Below, piece by piece: positions 18,216 to 26,981 of a stretch of 43,986 bases of DNA. Below the pieces are notes generated by a model that was not told the DNA's origin, ran no database searches, and saw only the letters and a list, made by a program, of their open reading frames with translations. Origin of the DNA: a virus. The translations under genes and the position numbers were made by a program. How positions within the stretch are numbered: the first letter of the stretch is position 1; the number at the start of each line of letters is the position of its first letter. Where the stretch lies: positions 1 to 43,986 of the IMG/VR virus record IMGVR_UViG_3300044492_000037. One strand, 5' to 3'.

Positions 18216-18530
18216 CTATCGTCTACCGCGCTCTCCAGCGCCGTAGCGTTCGATGGCCCTCCGCAGCGCGTGACGGCGCTCTGTTTTCACTTTCGCTTGA
18301 TCGGTAGATCGCTTGACCGGCCTGGGCTTCTCGTTGCCCACCTCGGTGAGGCCGTGGTCACGGCCAACGGCGCGGAAACGCGCCTTGGACGTGTAGAACC
18401 GCCCATCCACTTGCTCGACCGGCGGCATCTCGTCGCTGATGATATGCGGACACGGCAGCTCGCTTCGCGCAGGAGCTGTTCGCTCACGCGCAAAACGAAA
18501 TCGCCCCGGCTCGATCTCAATCAGTCGCAT
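18216..18530 (-). CDS. Hypothetical basic protein (104 aa)
   Basis: ATG at 18528-18530 follows GGGGGA. The TAG stop overlaps the SD of the scaffold gene. Confidence 0.55.
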   Translation of the reverse strand: MRLIEIEPGRFRFARERTAPARSELPCPHIISDEMPPVEQVDGRFYTSKARFRAVGRDHGLTEVGNEKPRPVKRSTDQAKVKTERRHALRRAIERYGAGERGRR

Positions 18531-18544
18531 CTGTCCCCCAAATA

Positions 18545-18592
18545 CAGGACGCGGCGCTGGCGAAACCCGTGCTAGGGCAACACCGCGTCCTG
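18545..18592 (-). terminator. 10-bp hairpin followed by TATTT on the transcribed strand (intra-operon attenuator)
   Basis: caggacgcgg (18545-18554) pairs with ccgcgtcctg (18583-18592). On the minus strand it is followed by TATTTGGGGGACAG ATG. Confidence 0.35.
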
Positions 18593-18600
18593 GCCGTCTA

Positions 18601-19446
18601 CTACCGCTTGGCCTTCTTCTTGGCCTTCTCGCCCTTGCCCTTGCGCTTGTTCGCCTTTGGCGGCGCCTTGCGCGTTGCAGGCTCGGCGTGGAACGTGAAA
18701 TCCATCATGTTGGACATCTTGTCCCCGTTCTTCACCGACACCTGTACCGTGTCGGGACCGTTCCAGACATCCATGTTGATGCCGGTCGAGAGTGTGCCGT
18801 CATCCTCAAGGTCTGTCGGCTCCTCCTGCCCGGCGAACACGATCACGCTGTCCTCGGTGAAGCCGGTGCCGTGAACAAACATGTCGAACGTCTCTTCGCC
18901 AATGGTGGCCTCGTCCGGCTCCAGCTCGGTGATGACCGGCGCGGCGTCGGGTGCGGGTGTGCCTCCGCTGCCGCCCTTAATCGGCTGGCCCTTGTCGTCC
19001 ATGTTGCTGCCGATTGAAGAACCCAGCGGCTCATTGATGCTTCCGGCAACGCCCTGGCCCATGACGAGCTGCGTCTGCGGCTGGGCACCTTCCTTGCCTT
19101 CCGGCACCTTTGGCACTGCCGCCCCTGCACTGCCTTCCATGCCAAGGCTGCGTGGATCGACAATGCCCATGCCGCGATCGCCACCGTGCGGCGAGCTGGG
19201 AATGTTGGGGTTGACGTTGTCGCGGGTGAGCTGCCCGTGCGCCGTCTCAGGCGGCAGGCGGTCTTCCGGCTTGCTGCGCTCGATGTAATCGAACGGCCTC
19301 TCGTCGCCCAGGATGTCCTTAGCGTCACGCTGACCTTTTGCTCGGTCATCCGCCACGATCTTCGCACCCTGCTTGTCGTAGTTCTCCGGGCCGGGCTGCG
19401 TCATTGGCCCGGTCTTATGCTCTTGTTCCTGCTTCTGCGTCGTCAT
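18601..19446 (-). CDS. Virion protein with a C-terminal IPT/TIG-like Ig domain (281 aa)
   Basis: ATG at 19444-19446 overlaps the upstream stop (ATGA); the track start at 19509 lies inside the upstream gene. The C-terminus reads PVITELEPDEATIGEETFDMFVHGTGFTEDSVIVFAGQEEP...VQVSVKNGDKMSNMMDFTF, followed by a Lys-rich tail. Confidence 0.7.
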   Translation of the reverse strand: MTTQKQEQEHKTGPMTQPGPENYDKQGAKIVADDRAKGQRDAKDILGDERPFDYIERSKPEDRLPPETAHGQLTRDNVNPNIPSSPHGGDRGMGIVDPRSLGMEGSAGAAVPKVPEGKEGAQPQTQLVMGQGVAGSINEPLGSSIGSNMDDKGQPIKGGSGGTPAPDAAPVITELEPDEATIGEETFDMFVHGTGFTEDSVIVFAGQEEPTDLEDDGTLSTGINMDVWNGPDTVQVSVKNGDKMSNMMDFTFHAEPATRKAPPKANKRKGKGEKAKKKAKR

Positions 19447-20216
19447 GTGAACGTCCATGTCTGGGGCGCAGTCGTGACCACGCCGCCGGTTACGACCGTA
19501 ACGGGCCACGGCCCTGCGGTTGTCTTCTTCGTCACCGTAGGCGCGGTCAGCGAGGTCGCGGAATTGAACGTCGTCGTCTGAGGGACGCCGTTCACCCAGA
19601 TAACACTCTGCTTGGTGAAATTGGTTCCGGTCGCGCCAAGCGTTGTGGTGCCGACACCAGACACTGAGTTGCCCGGCGTGATGCTGGACAGCGTGGCGGC
19701 GCTGACCGGCGACAGCGACGAGGCGTGGTAGGCGTTGGGGCTGAACGGCGCCCCGCCTACCGTGACCGCAGGCATCGACGGGCCAACGCCAACCGTCACC
19801 GTGGGAAGAGCCGGTGCCGCACCCACATAGGCTGGCGGATAGGTCAGGCTGACCACGCTCTCGGTGCCTGCGCCTTCGTGCGGGACACTGGTCGAGGCCG
19901 GGACCGGACCCAGGAAGTTGATCGGCGGCGGGCTGCCGCTGCCGCTGCCTGGATAGCTGCCCTCGGTGCCGCCAGCCGTCGCGCCAGTGCCGGACGCCAG
20001 AGCTGCGGTATTGGCGGCGAACAACGTGACCGCGCCTGCCGCGCCGTCGTCGAAGTATGGCGGCGGGTATGTCGGCGTCGTAGTTCCCCAGTTCTTGGTG
20101 TCGTTGTAGGTGTTCTTTGTGTAGTTCGGCGGGTTGGGTCCGGTTGCGCCAACGCAGGAATAGTTTGTCGGCGGCGTCGGGTTCTGCGGCGTCACTGTCA
20201 CTGAAGATTGGGCCAT
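19443..20216 (-). CDS. Virion protein with a C-terminal IPT/TIG-like Ig domain (257 aa)
   Basis: The C-terminus reads LSSITPGNSVSGVGTTTLGATGTNFTKQSVIWVNGVPQTTTFNSATSLTAPTVTKKTTAGPWPVTVV. RBS context: AACAACAGGAGCTGACGC ATG. Confidence 0.7.
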   Translation of the reverse strand: MAQSSVTVTPQNPTPPTNYSCVGATGPNPPNYTKNTYNDTKNWGTTTPTYPPPYFDDGAAGAVTLFAANTAALASGTGATAGGTEGSYPGSGSGSPPPINFLGPVPASTSVPHEGAGTESVVSLTYPPAYVGAAPALPTVTVGVGPSMPAVTVGGAPFSPNAYHASSLSPVSAATLSSITPGNSVSGVGTTTLGATGTNFTKQSVIWVNGVPQTTTFNSATSLTAPTVTKKTTAGPWPVTVVTGGVVTTAPQTWTFT

Positions 20217-20232
20217 GCGTCAGCTCCTGTTG

Positions 20233-20322
20233 TTACCAGCGTTTCGGCAACGTGATGGTAATGCCATAGTACAGCACTCCCGGCTGTGGCGGTTGGTTGG
20301 GTGGCTCATTGATCGAGATCAT
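20233..20322 (-). CDS. Possible 29-aa micro-ORF (MISINEPPNQPPQPGVLYYGITITLPKRW)
   Basis: Its ATG overlaps the stop of the 570-aa gene (ATGA at 20319-20322), and it fills an otherwise empty 100-nt gap. There is no other support. Confidence 0.2.
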   Translation of the reverse strand: MISINEPPNQPPQPGVLYYGITITLPKRW

Positions 20323-22031
20323 TGATATGCTCCTTGATCGGCAACGCCGCCCATCTTTGACGCTACACCAGCTCCAGCCACCGGAATGACAAGCAGCGGA
20401 GCTTTCTTCCTGATGAAATCAGATAGCACCTTCTGCGGATCTTCGCCGCGCATCTTCGCCGTGTAAAGAATGCGCTCGTTCATGAGCTGCGGAAAGGTGT
20501 GCGTTGGCACCGTGCCAAGCCCCGTCAATTCGCCGCCGCCAGCCCACGCAGCTCCCTGCGTGTCCGCAGTCGGCAGCTTAAAGTCGCGGCCCACGTCGCT
20601 GTAGAGCTTCTCGGCTGCGCCGTATTCGTTGGCGTTGGGCTTGGCCGTCCAGAAGTATGGGATCTGCAAGGCCTCATCCATCTTCAGCCTGCCGCTCTCC
20701 TGCAATTGCTGCGGACGAAATACAACAGTGTCGCCTTTACGCTCGCCGTATTTGTTGACGATCGTGTCCTTGGTTGGATCGGTCCCCTGCTTGTACTTGG
20801 CCGACACTGACGTTTCGAGGAAGCGTGGGTCGTTGGTCCGCATGCCAATGTTGCGGAAGGCATGCGTATCCATTGTCCCCGGCACCAAGTTGCCCTGGAG
20901 GTTCACTGAGAACGATGCAGGCTTGGTGTTCTTGAAAATATCCCAGCCCTCTGGGCTGGTGACGGTCGCGTAGTTCTGCCGGTGGAGGTTCTGCGCGACA
21001 TGGCCGTAGGGATACGGCAGCGTTTCCGGCAGGCCCCCCTTGCCGCTCATCATGTAGTAGAACGATGCATTGCGGATGTTGGTAGGCACGTCGGAGCGCG
21101 GCGAGGTCGCAGCAATCATGTCCATGAAGCGAGCGTATTCGACTGCCCCTTCAGTCTCACCCAGTTCCTTGATGAAGGCCCGGCGCACCGGCTCATTGTG
21201 ATACCACTTGTCGGCGCCGTACTTGATGCCCGTCTCGACGCTCTCGCGCACACCGCGCTGCACGTCGGGATTGGTCAGAGCGTCTTGCAGGCGCTGCGAG
21301 ATGCCGCGTGGCGGCTGGTATCGCTCCATTGCCTGCTGCGGCACGTCTGACCGCAGATCGCCCGACAGATCCATCGGGCCTGCGCCCTTCTCTCCTGCCG
21401 CTATCTCGTCCAGCACGGCCCGGCTCTGCTTGGTGTAGGCCGCTCCCTTGATCGGTGCGCCGCTGGCGTCGAGGATTGGCTTGGCGGCCTTCGCCGCTTT
21501 GGCGCTCTTCATGATCTCGTCGGCAGCCTCGCGGGCTATCTTCACGGCCTTGCCGCCACGGCCCACCACCGGGATAGCTCCCGCCAAGCCCATGCCCAGG
21601 CGGTTGGGATCTTTCTCCTCCCAGCCCTGCGCCAGATCCGCCACCGTCCCCACCTGGGACAGCTCCAGCAGGGTATTAGCGCCTGCTCGCTGCTGGCCGT
21701 AGACCGGGTCGAGCGGGTGCGCCTTGGGCAATGCCCGCTCAATCCAGCCCTCGCTCTCAGGCTTCTCAGGGATGGCGAATGACGGCGGGATCTCACGCGG
21801 CACCGCCGCAGGAGCTGCGCCGCCCTGGTCGTACAGCGCCCCCGGCGCGAAGCTTCCCGGCAGCGCCTCCTTGGGTGTCGCCACCGTCTGCGGTGTGCGC
21901 CGGTAGGCGTCAGCGATCGCTTCCGGCGTCGGCTCCTGCGGTCGCTGCGGCGTCACCGTGATCCGCAGCGGCGCCTCGCCATAGCCGTCCTGCGCCGCCA
22001 GATCGCCCATCACCCAGTCGTCTTCGTACAT
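20319..22031 (-). CDS. Large portal-proximal protein of unknown function (570 aa)
   Basis: ATG at 22029-22031 overlaps the upstream stop (TGATG); the track start at 22034 is GTG. No catalytic motif was recognised. The central region reads WYHNEPVRRAFIKELGETEGAVEYARFMDMIAATSPRSDVPTNIRNASFYY. Confidence 0.75.
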   Translation of the reverse strand: MYEDDWVMGDLAAQDGYGEAPLRITVTPQRPQEPTPEAIADAYRRTPQTVATPKEALPGSFAPGALYDQGGAAPAAVPREIPPSFAIPEKPESEGWIERALPKAHPLDPVYGQQRAGANTLLELSQVGTVADLAQGWEEKDPNRLGMGLAGAIPVVGRGGKAVKIAREAADEIMKSAKAAKAAKPILDASGAPIKGAAYTKQSRAVLDEIAAGEKGAGPMDLSGDLRSDVPQQAMERYQPPRGISQRLQDALTNPDVQRGVRESVETGIKYGADKWYHNEPVRRAFIKELGETEGAVEYARFMDMIAATSPRSDVPTNIRNASFYYMMSGKGGLPETLPYPYGHVAQNLHRQNYATVTSPEGWDIFKNTKPASFSVNLQGNLVPGTMDTHAFRNIGMRTNDPRFLETSVSAKYKQGTDPTKDTIVNKYGERKGDTVVFRPQQLQESGRLKMDEALQIPYFWTAKPNANEYGAAEKLYSDVGRDFKLPTADTQGAAWAGGGELTGLGTVPTHTFPQLMNERILYTAKMRGEDPQKVLSDFIRKKAPLLVIPVAGAGVASKMGGVADQGAYQ

Positions 22032-22630
22032 CACATGCCTCCCAGATCCGCCAGCGCACCAATCGTCGGGTCGTCCTGGCTGGCAATCATCCCGGCCTCG
22101 TCATAGGGCGCAGGCTGCGCTTCTGGCGGCAGCGGCGCGCTGCCTTCCATCGCCCACTTGTGCGCCAGCTCCCACTGCGCTTGGCTCATCGGGTACTGCC
22201 GTGACGTTTCGCCAACCGACAGCGCCTGCATCATCGGGATCGCAAACTTGGGGTCGCGCATCATCTCCTTGGTGACGACCGTGTCAGCCGGGTAGCCCGC
22301 CACCTCGCGGCGCCCGCCGCCGCTCCATGTGTGCAGTGCATCCTTGATCGACTTGTCGGTGTAGTTGCGCGCATACAGTTCAAGGTTGCTGGCGGCGCCG
22401 TGCGTCGGCGTCGGAAACTTGGCGATCGAGAAGCCTGCGCCGGTCTTCTGCGGCTCGGCGCCGTAGGCCAGCGCCGTCAGCTTGTTGTAGCCCTGCGCAC
22501 CGGGATTGTTGGTCCGCACGGCGGCGAGCTGCGGCCCGGCATAGCCGGGATCGCCTGCCTGCGGTGCGCCGGGCGCCAGTGCCGCATCGCGCTCGGCCAG
22601 CATCTCGGCAATGCGCTCGCGCCAATCCAT
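22031..22630 (-). CDS. Portal-proximal protein of unknown function (199 aa)
   Basis: ATG at 22628-22630 overlaps the portal TAA (TAATG). It contains RTNNPGAQGY...FSIAKFPTPTHGAASNLELYARNY. Confidence 0.7.
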   Translation of the reverse strand: MDWRERIAEMLAERDAALAPGAPQAGDPGYAGPQLAAVRTNNPGAQGYNKLTALAYGAEPQKTGAGFSIAKFPTPTHGAASNLELYARNYTDKSIKDALHTWSGGGRREVAGYPADTVVTKEMMRDPKFAIPMMQALSVGETSRQYPMSQAQWELAHKWAMEGSAPLPPEAQPAPYDEAGMIASQDDPTIGALADLGGM

Positions 22631-24948
22631 TACTGCCGCCCCATCGGCTTGGGCATCGTCATCTTCATCTCATGCTGCTGCTGGCGCTGCGCCGACTGCG
22701 CCTGCATGTCGTGCTGTTTGTTCTGCGCTGCCGTCGCCGCCATCTGCGCCTTCTGCGCGTTGACGGCCATCTTTTGCTCGTTCTCGCGCATGTGCGCTTC
22801 GTGCGCCTCGCGGTTCTCGATCAGCTTCTGGTTCTGGATGACGGCCTTGCCCTCGGTGTCGGACAACTTGATCTGCGACTGCGCCCAGGCGATCTTGCGG
22901 TCGTTCTCCATCTTCTCCTGGTGCTGCCGGTCCTTGTCGGCCAGCTCCTGCTGATTGATCTTGAGCTGCTGCGCGTCGGTCTGCTGCTTCTGCTGGATCT
23001 TCGCCATCTCGATCTTTTCGTTGCTCTTGACGGCCTCCATCTGCGGGTTGGGCGGCGTGTTCTGGCCCTTGTTCTTCATCTGCTCGACCAGCTCGTCGAT
23101 CGTACCGTCGAGGCTGCGCCCGGCGCGGAACGGCGCCGTGGCGAACTTCAGCAGCTCGCCGCAGAACTCGGCTGTCTCGGGCGCCGCGACGATCATCTGC
23201 GAGAGCTGCGGCAGCAGACCACCAAGCATCTGCACGAACTCGGTGCGCTGCTGCTTCTCGGCCTGCTCGTCGGCCATGATCGTGCTGTCGGTTTCGATGT
23301 CGAGGATGAACGACTTGGCCCGCCGGTCCTTGAGGAAGCGCAGCACCTGTTCGATGGTTGGCTTCTCGCGGAGCTGATTGATAGTCTGCACGGCGGCTTC
23401 CTGGCTCTTCTGCGCCTGCTGTGCGACTTGCTGTGCCTGCTCCGGGTTCTGCTGCGCCATCTGCTGAACTTGCGGCATCTGCATGAGCTGCTGCATCTGG
23501 TTCTGCTGAGCATGCATCTGCTGCATCACCTCGGAGATCTTCTGTTGAACCATCGCCTGCGTTGGAAGCTGCGTCTGGCTCATCTCGATGATGGTGACTG
23601 GATTGAACTTGTCAGTGATGATGTCGAGGCTCAGCTCGACAAGGTCGCGAGCGAGCCTGACCAGCTCCTGCTGCTTGTCCTTGATGCGTTTAGAACCATA
23701 CTCAGTTTTCAGCCGCTGCGCCCCCAAAGTCTCCTGCGGATCGGTATCTCCCCGCATGATGTCGCTAAGGCCCATTACTTGGTAGATGTCCTCAATCACT
23801 TGCTTTCGCAGCGCCACTAGGCCGGTGATGGTCTGCGCGATCTGGTCGATGGGCAGCCAGATGATGACCTCTTTCGACGTGCCAAACGCGGCCCAGTTGG
23901 CGATCGGCACCAGCATGCGTCCGCTGGTCTTGGTCTTCACTGCCGTCTCGATCGCGTCGGCCATCTCGGTGCCGCCGCTCGGATAGAACCCCTTCGCCTC
24001 CAGCACCTCGCTCAATGCGTGGATGCGGCCCGTGAGCATGTTCAGCTCGTCGAGCTGGTCCTTGTATTGCAGCACGTCTGGGACCGGGATCAGCGATCCG
24101 CGCTGCACCGTGCCGTAGGCTGGCGCCGGGCAGGGAAAGAAGTTGCACAGCTCAAGGTGCGGGTCGTCCTCGTCGAGGATCTTGTCGCAGCCGTGCGCCA
24201 CCCACAGCACCCTGTTGTCGGCCTTCGACCAGATCTCCCAGAACTTGGCGCGCTCGCGGTTGTCGGCGCCGCCAATCTCCTGGCTGTCTTTGTCCACCTT
24301 GTACTCGGCGTCTTGATAGGCATCGCCGCTGATCTTCCTGAACCGCTTGCGCGCCTGTCCTCGCGTCAGGTAGCTGGCGCCTGCGACCCACGTCACCTCT
24401 TCCCAGTTGCGACTGATACTGTGCAGGAAGTCGCGGCGGTTCTTGAACTCGATGCACACGCGCTCGGTATCGTGGTAGCCCTTGCCCTTGCCCTCGTAAC
24501 GCACCCAGGCGCAGCCGCGACTGATCATCGCCACGTCGTCGCGTATCAGCTTCATGATGGCATCGATGCGGGTGAGGTCGAACGACACCGTCACGCACCG
24601 CTCGGCCACCTCTGATGCTGCTTGGTAGACCGGGCGCCGGTCCTTGAATTTTGGGACGACAACTGGCTGTGGCGGCTTGGCGTAAATCGATGGCTTGATG
24701 ACCTCGCAGTTCGCCCAAAACATCTGGAACTCTTTGTCACGCGACATCGTCGCCAGCCGCGCCATGTTGGCGTACTGCTTGTCGATGTTGTCACAGTGAA
24801 TATTCCAATCGTCGAACGCCTCCTCGCTTTCCAGCAGGAGGTTCAACCACGCCTTGGCGCTCTTAGGCTCGACTGCCGGGTTGTAATCGGCGTCGTCAGC
24901 CGCGATATCGTCTTCGATCGGCTTGGGGTTGTCGTTGTCATCGACCAT
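22630..24948 (-). CDS. Portal protein (772 aa) with an internal Q/M-rich insertion and a long C-terminal helical barrel-like extension
   Basis: The size and the position directly after TerL fit a portal. A Q-rich tract QQKISEVMQQMHAQQNQMQQLMQMPQVQQMAQQNPEQAQQ lies at nt ~23389-23586. The last ~140 aa are K/E/Q/M-rich helix (nt 22633-23052), as in P22-type portals. Confidence 0.85.
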   Translation of the reverse strand: MVDDNDNPKPIEDDIAADDADYNPAVEPKSAKAWLNLLLESEEAFDDWNIHCDNIDKQYANMARLATMSRDKEFQMFWANCEVIKPSIYAKPPQPVVVPKFKDRRPVYQAASEVAERCVTVSFDLTRIDAIMKLIRDDVAMISRGCAWVRYEGKGKGYHDTERVCIEFKNRRDFLHSISRNWEEVTWVAGASYLTRGQARKRFRKISGDAYQDAEYKVDKDSQEIGGADNRERAKFWEIWSKADNRVLWVAHGCDKILDEDDPHLELCNFFPCPAPAYGTVQRGSLIPVPDVLQYKDQLDELNMLTGRIHALSEVLEAKGFYPSGGTEMADAIETAVKTKTSGRMLVPIANWAAFGTSKEVIIWLPIDQIAQTITGLVALRKQVIEDIYQVMGLSDIMRGDTDPQETLGAQRLKTEYGSKRIKDKQQELVRLARDLVELSLDIITDKFNPVTIIEMSQTQLPTQAMVQQKISEVMQQMHAQQNQMQQLMQMPQVQQMAQQNPEQAQQVAQQAQKSQEAAVQTINQLREKPTIEQVLRFLKDRRAKSFILDIETDSTIMADEQAEKQQRTEFVQMLGGLLPQLSQMIVAAPETAEFCGELLKFATAPFRAGRSLDGTIDELVEQMKNKGQNTPPNPQMEAVKSNEKIEMAKIQQKQQTDAQQLKINQQELADKDRQHQEKMENDRKIAWAQSQIKLSDTEGKAVIQNQKLIENREAHEAHMRENEQKMAVNAQKAQMAATAAQNKQHDMQAQSAQRQQQHEMKMTMPKPMGRQ

Positions 24949-25011
24949 TGGGGCTGCTCCGTATCAATCGCCAGCCCCAACTGGCGCCACACATATTGCG
25001 ACAGCGTCACG

Positions 25012-26373
25012 TCATAGTCTAATGCCTTTGCTCGGCTCGGCAGGCGGCGGGATGAAGAACCCGCGTGGCTGCTCCACTGTCACCTCGCGCAGCGGCGCCA
25101 GCTTCCAGCTCAGTGCGAGGTAGCGGAATGCGTCAGCCGGGTGGCTCGTCCAATCGTGCATGTCGGACGCCTTAAAAGCTTTTTTCTCCTCGTCCCATTC
25201 CCTGCGGTACTGCTCCAACGCCGCGATGCCCGTCTCCTCGGTGCGTGGGTGGAAGACGGCGAGCTGCAACGTGCGCCGCACGGCGTTGCGACCGTCCTCG
25301 ACCGTCGCCATCGGCACCAGCATGGGCTTCAATCCCATCAGCGTCATCGTCTCGACGCGGGTGCGACCGCTGCCCCACTCGCGCACCTTCGCATCGTGCG
25401 GGACAAAGTCAGTGCCTCGGCGCCAGCCATGCTCGCGCTCACGCTTCTCGATCTCGGTCAGGTAGTGGTCGAGGCCCACGCCAGAGCTGGCGTAGTGGTC
25501 AAGCACGAAGAGCTGGGCGCCAACGGCGCAGAACCACCAGATCGAGGTGTCGCTGCCGACACCCAGATCCCAGGCGCGATGGACGTACTGATTGTCGAGC
25601 GGCTCGATCGGCAGGATGCGGCCCTCGTCTCTGAGCTGCGCCATCTCAAGTGCGTAGTAGGCGCCTAAGATCGATGCCGCCCAGTCGCAATAATACTCTT
25701 GCAAGAACTGGGCGCGTCCAAAGTCGCTGCCGTACAGCGCCTTGTACTCGCGCTGCGTCTCGTCGAGCTGCGCCTGCGTCAGTGCGCTAGTGTCCTCGAC
25801 GGTGAGCCGCTCGGCAAACCATCCCGGCGTCTGTGCCGCGTAGGCGTACATGGCGTGTGCGTGGTTTCTGCCGCGTGGCGTGGTGATGAACGTGGCCCAG
25901 CCGCCGTTCTCCTCCAGCATTGGTCTGAGGTAGCCCCAGGCCGCCGGGTTGCTCAGCGCGTATTCGCTGAACACCACTCCTGCCGCAGAGCTGCCAACTG
26001 TACGGTCGTATTCATCACTGCCAATGCAACTCCACGTCGAGCCGTTGACCAAGCGTATGTGCATATCGGTATCGCGTGTCGAGGCGCGCAGCTCTGCCGG
26101 AAATGCCTCATCAATACGCCGCAGCCCGGTGTGAGGATTAACAGCATCCCAGATCGCCTTTCGTGCCTGCGCGTATTCCGGCAGCATGTGCCAATAGTTT
26201 CCCTGGCGCTCGATCGCGCTGATAGCTGTGTGGTGCAGGCACACGTCATCTTTTCCTGCGCGTCTATGCCACACGGCCATCGCTCGCTTGCCGCCACCGC
26301 GCAGATAATTCCACAACGGCATCTGATGATGCCTCGGTGTCCAGCCGTTGTGCGGCAGCGTGATGTCAATCAT
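25012..26373 (-). CDS. terL: Terminase large subunit (453 aa from the preferred ATG; the track extends to a TTG at 26460)
   Basis: It has an N-terminal ATPase motif VWHRRAGKDD and a C-terminal nuclease-like region. The ATG at 26371-26373 (MIDITLPHNGWTPRHHQ...) forms an ATGATTGA overlap with a small upstream ORF. Confidence 0.85.
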   Translation of the reverse strand: MIDITLPHNGWTPRHHQMPLWNYLRGGGKRAMAVWHRRAGKDDVCLHHTAISAIERQGNYWHMLPEYAQARKAIWDAVNPHTGLRRIDEAFPAELRASTRDTDMHIRLVNGSTWSCIGSDEYDRTVGSSAAGVVFSEYALSNPAAWGYLRPMLEENGGWATFITTPRGRNHAHAMYAYAAQTPGWFAERLTVEDTSALTQAQLDETQREYKALYGSDFGRAQFLQEYYCDWAASILGAYYALEMAQLRDEGRILPIEPLDNQYVHRAWDLGVGSDTSIWWFCAVGAQLFVLDHYASSGVGLDHYLTEIEKREREHGWRRGTDFVPHDAKVREWGSGRTRVETMTLMGLKPMLVPMATVEDGRNAVRRTLQLAVFHPRTEETGIAALEQYRREWDEEKKAFKASDMHDWTSHPADAFRYLALSWKLAPLREVTVEQPRGFFIPPPAEPSKGIRL

Positions 26374-26533
26374 AGCGCAACCGCACGGTAGCCACCCAAT
26401 AGTCCCGGTTAACATCGGGAAGCTTGAACACAAACCATCGATGCAGATTGTGTTCGACAATTGCCAGCGCCGGTATGTCGCGACCGATTGCAGCTCGCGC
26501 CTTCCACCGCCGCTTGCTGTCGCGCTTCTTCAT
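26366..26533 (-). CDS. Possible small basic protein (55 aa)
   Basis: MKKRDSKRRWKARAAIGRDIPALAIVEHNLHRWFVFKLPDVNRDYWVATVRLRYD. It is coupled at both ends (ATGA at 26530-26533; ATGATTGA with terL). It competes with the TTG-extended terL frame. Confidence 0.35.
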   Translation of the reverse strand: MKKRDSKRRWKARAAIGRDIPALAIVEHNLHRWFVFKLPDVNRDYWVATVRLRYD

Positions 26534-26748
26534 TTCGGCGTTGTCGCCGCCTTCACGGCCCACATGGCTGCGTTCTCGTAGTGCGTCATCGCGAGCGACC
26601 AACAGCGACCACTCTCGCCATCGACACGCTTGTCGCTTTCCTCGGCGCACAGATCGATCAGGTCTGCGGTGTAGCGTTTGATCCTGCTGACCAGATCATC
26701 GCCGCTCGGATTGAATGTCTCGCGTACTCGCGCTGCGCCTATGCTCAT
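26530..26748 (-). CDS. Small helical protein (72 aa), possible Acb2/Tad1-hairpin-like cyclic-nucleotide sponge
   Basis: ATG at 26746-26748 overlaps the upstream stop (ATGA). MSIGAARVRETFNPSGDDLVSRIKRYTADLIDLCAEESDKRVDGESGRCWSLAMTHYENAAMWAVKAATTPK. The FNPSG...IK...LID ... SLA.T..E.A.MWAVKA pattern is recalled from memory and not verified. Confidence 0.35.
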   Translation of the reverse strand: MSIGAARVRETFNPSGDDLVSRIKRYTADLIDLCAEESDKRVDGESGRCWSLAMTHYENAAMWAVKAATTPK

Positions 26749-26981
26749 TTCTTTCCCTCGATGATGTTGCGAATTGTTATTCGGATGTCGCCCTCGCCAT
26801 CGGCGCCGGTCACCGGGCTTGCCGGGCGTCCCCAGCCGCGCTCCCACAGCATGCTAATGGCGCGCAGCTTCGTCTCGTCATCGACGCCCTTCTCGGCCTG
26901 GGCGATGCCTGCAACGATGCGGACAGTGTTAGGCGTGTAGGCCCGGCACAAAGATCTGATATCGGCTGGTGCTTTAGCCAT
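26745..26981 (-). CDS. Terminase small subunit-like protein (78 aa)
   Basis: AISMLWERGWGRPASP resembles the LLDRGWGKP motif of small terminases. The protein is short, and two small ORFs separate it from terL. Confidence 0.45.
   Translation of the reverse strand: MAKAPADIRSLCRAYTPNTVRIVAGIAQAEKGVDDETKLRAISMLWERGWGRPASPVTGADGEGDIRITIRNIIEGKK

Noticed and set aside
22564-23820. 418-aa plus-strand ORF (Leu/Arg/His-rich) opposite the portal gene. Similar long antisense ORFs lie at 31510-32724, 8664-9740, 5992-6837, 4098-4988, 32800-33645 and 24019-24615.
   Set aside because: They are typical open antisense frames of a GC-rich genome. Their composition is dominated by Arg/Leu/Ala/Pro/His with no domain-like sequence. 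Each lies opposite a gene with clear motifs (portal, primase-helicase, M15 protein and others).
25012-26460. TerL starting at the track coordinate 26460
   Set aside because: That codon is TTG with no SD. The ATG at 26373 gives a typical TerL N-terminus and an ATGATTGA coupling with the upstream small ORF. The longer form is kept as an alternative.
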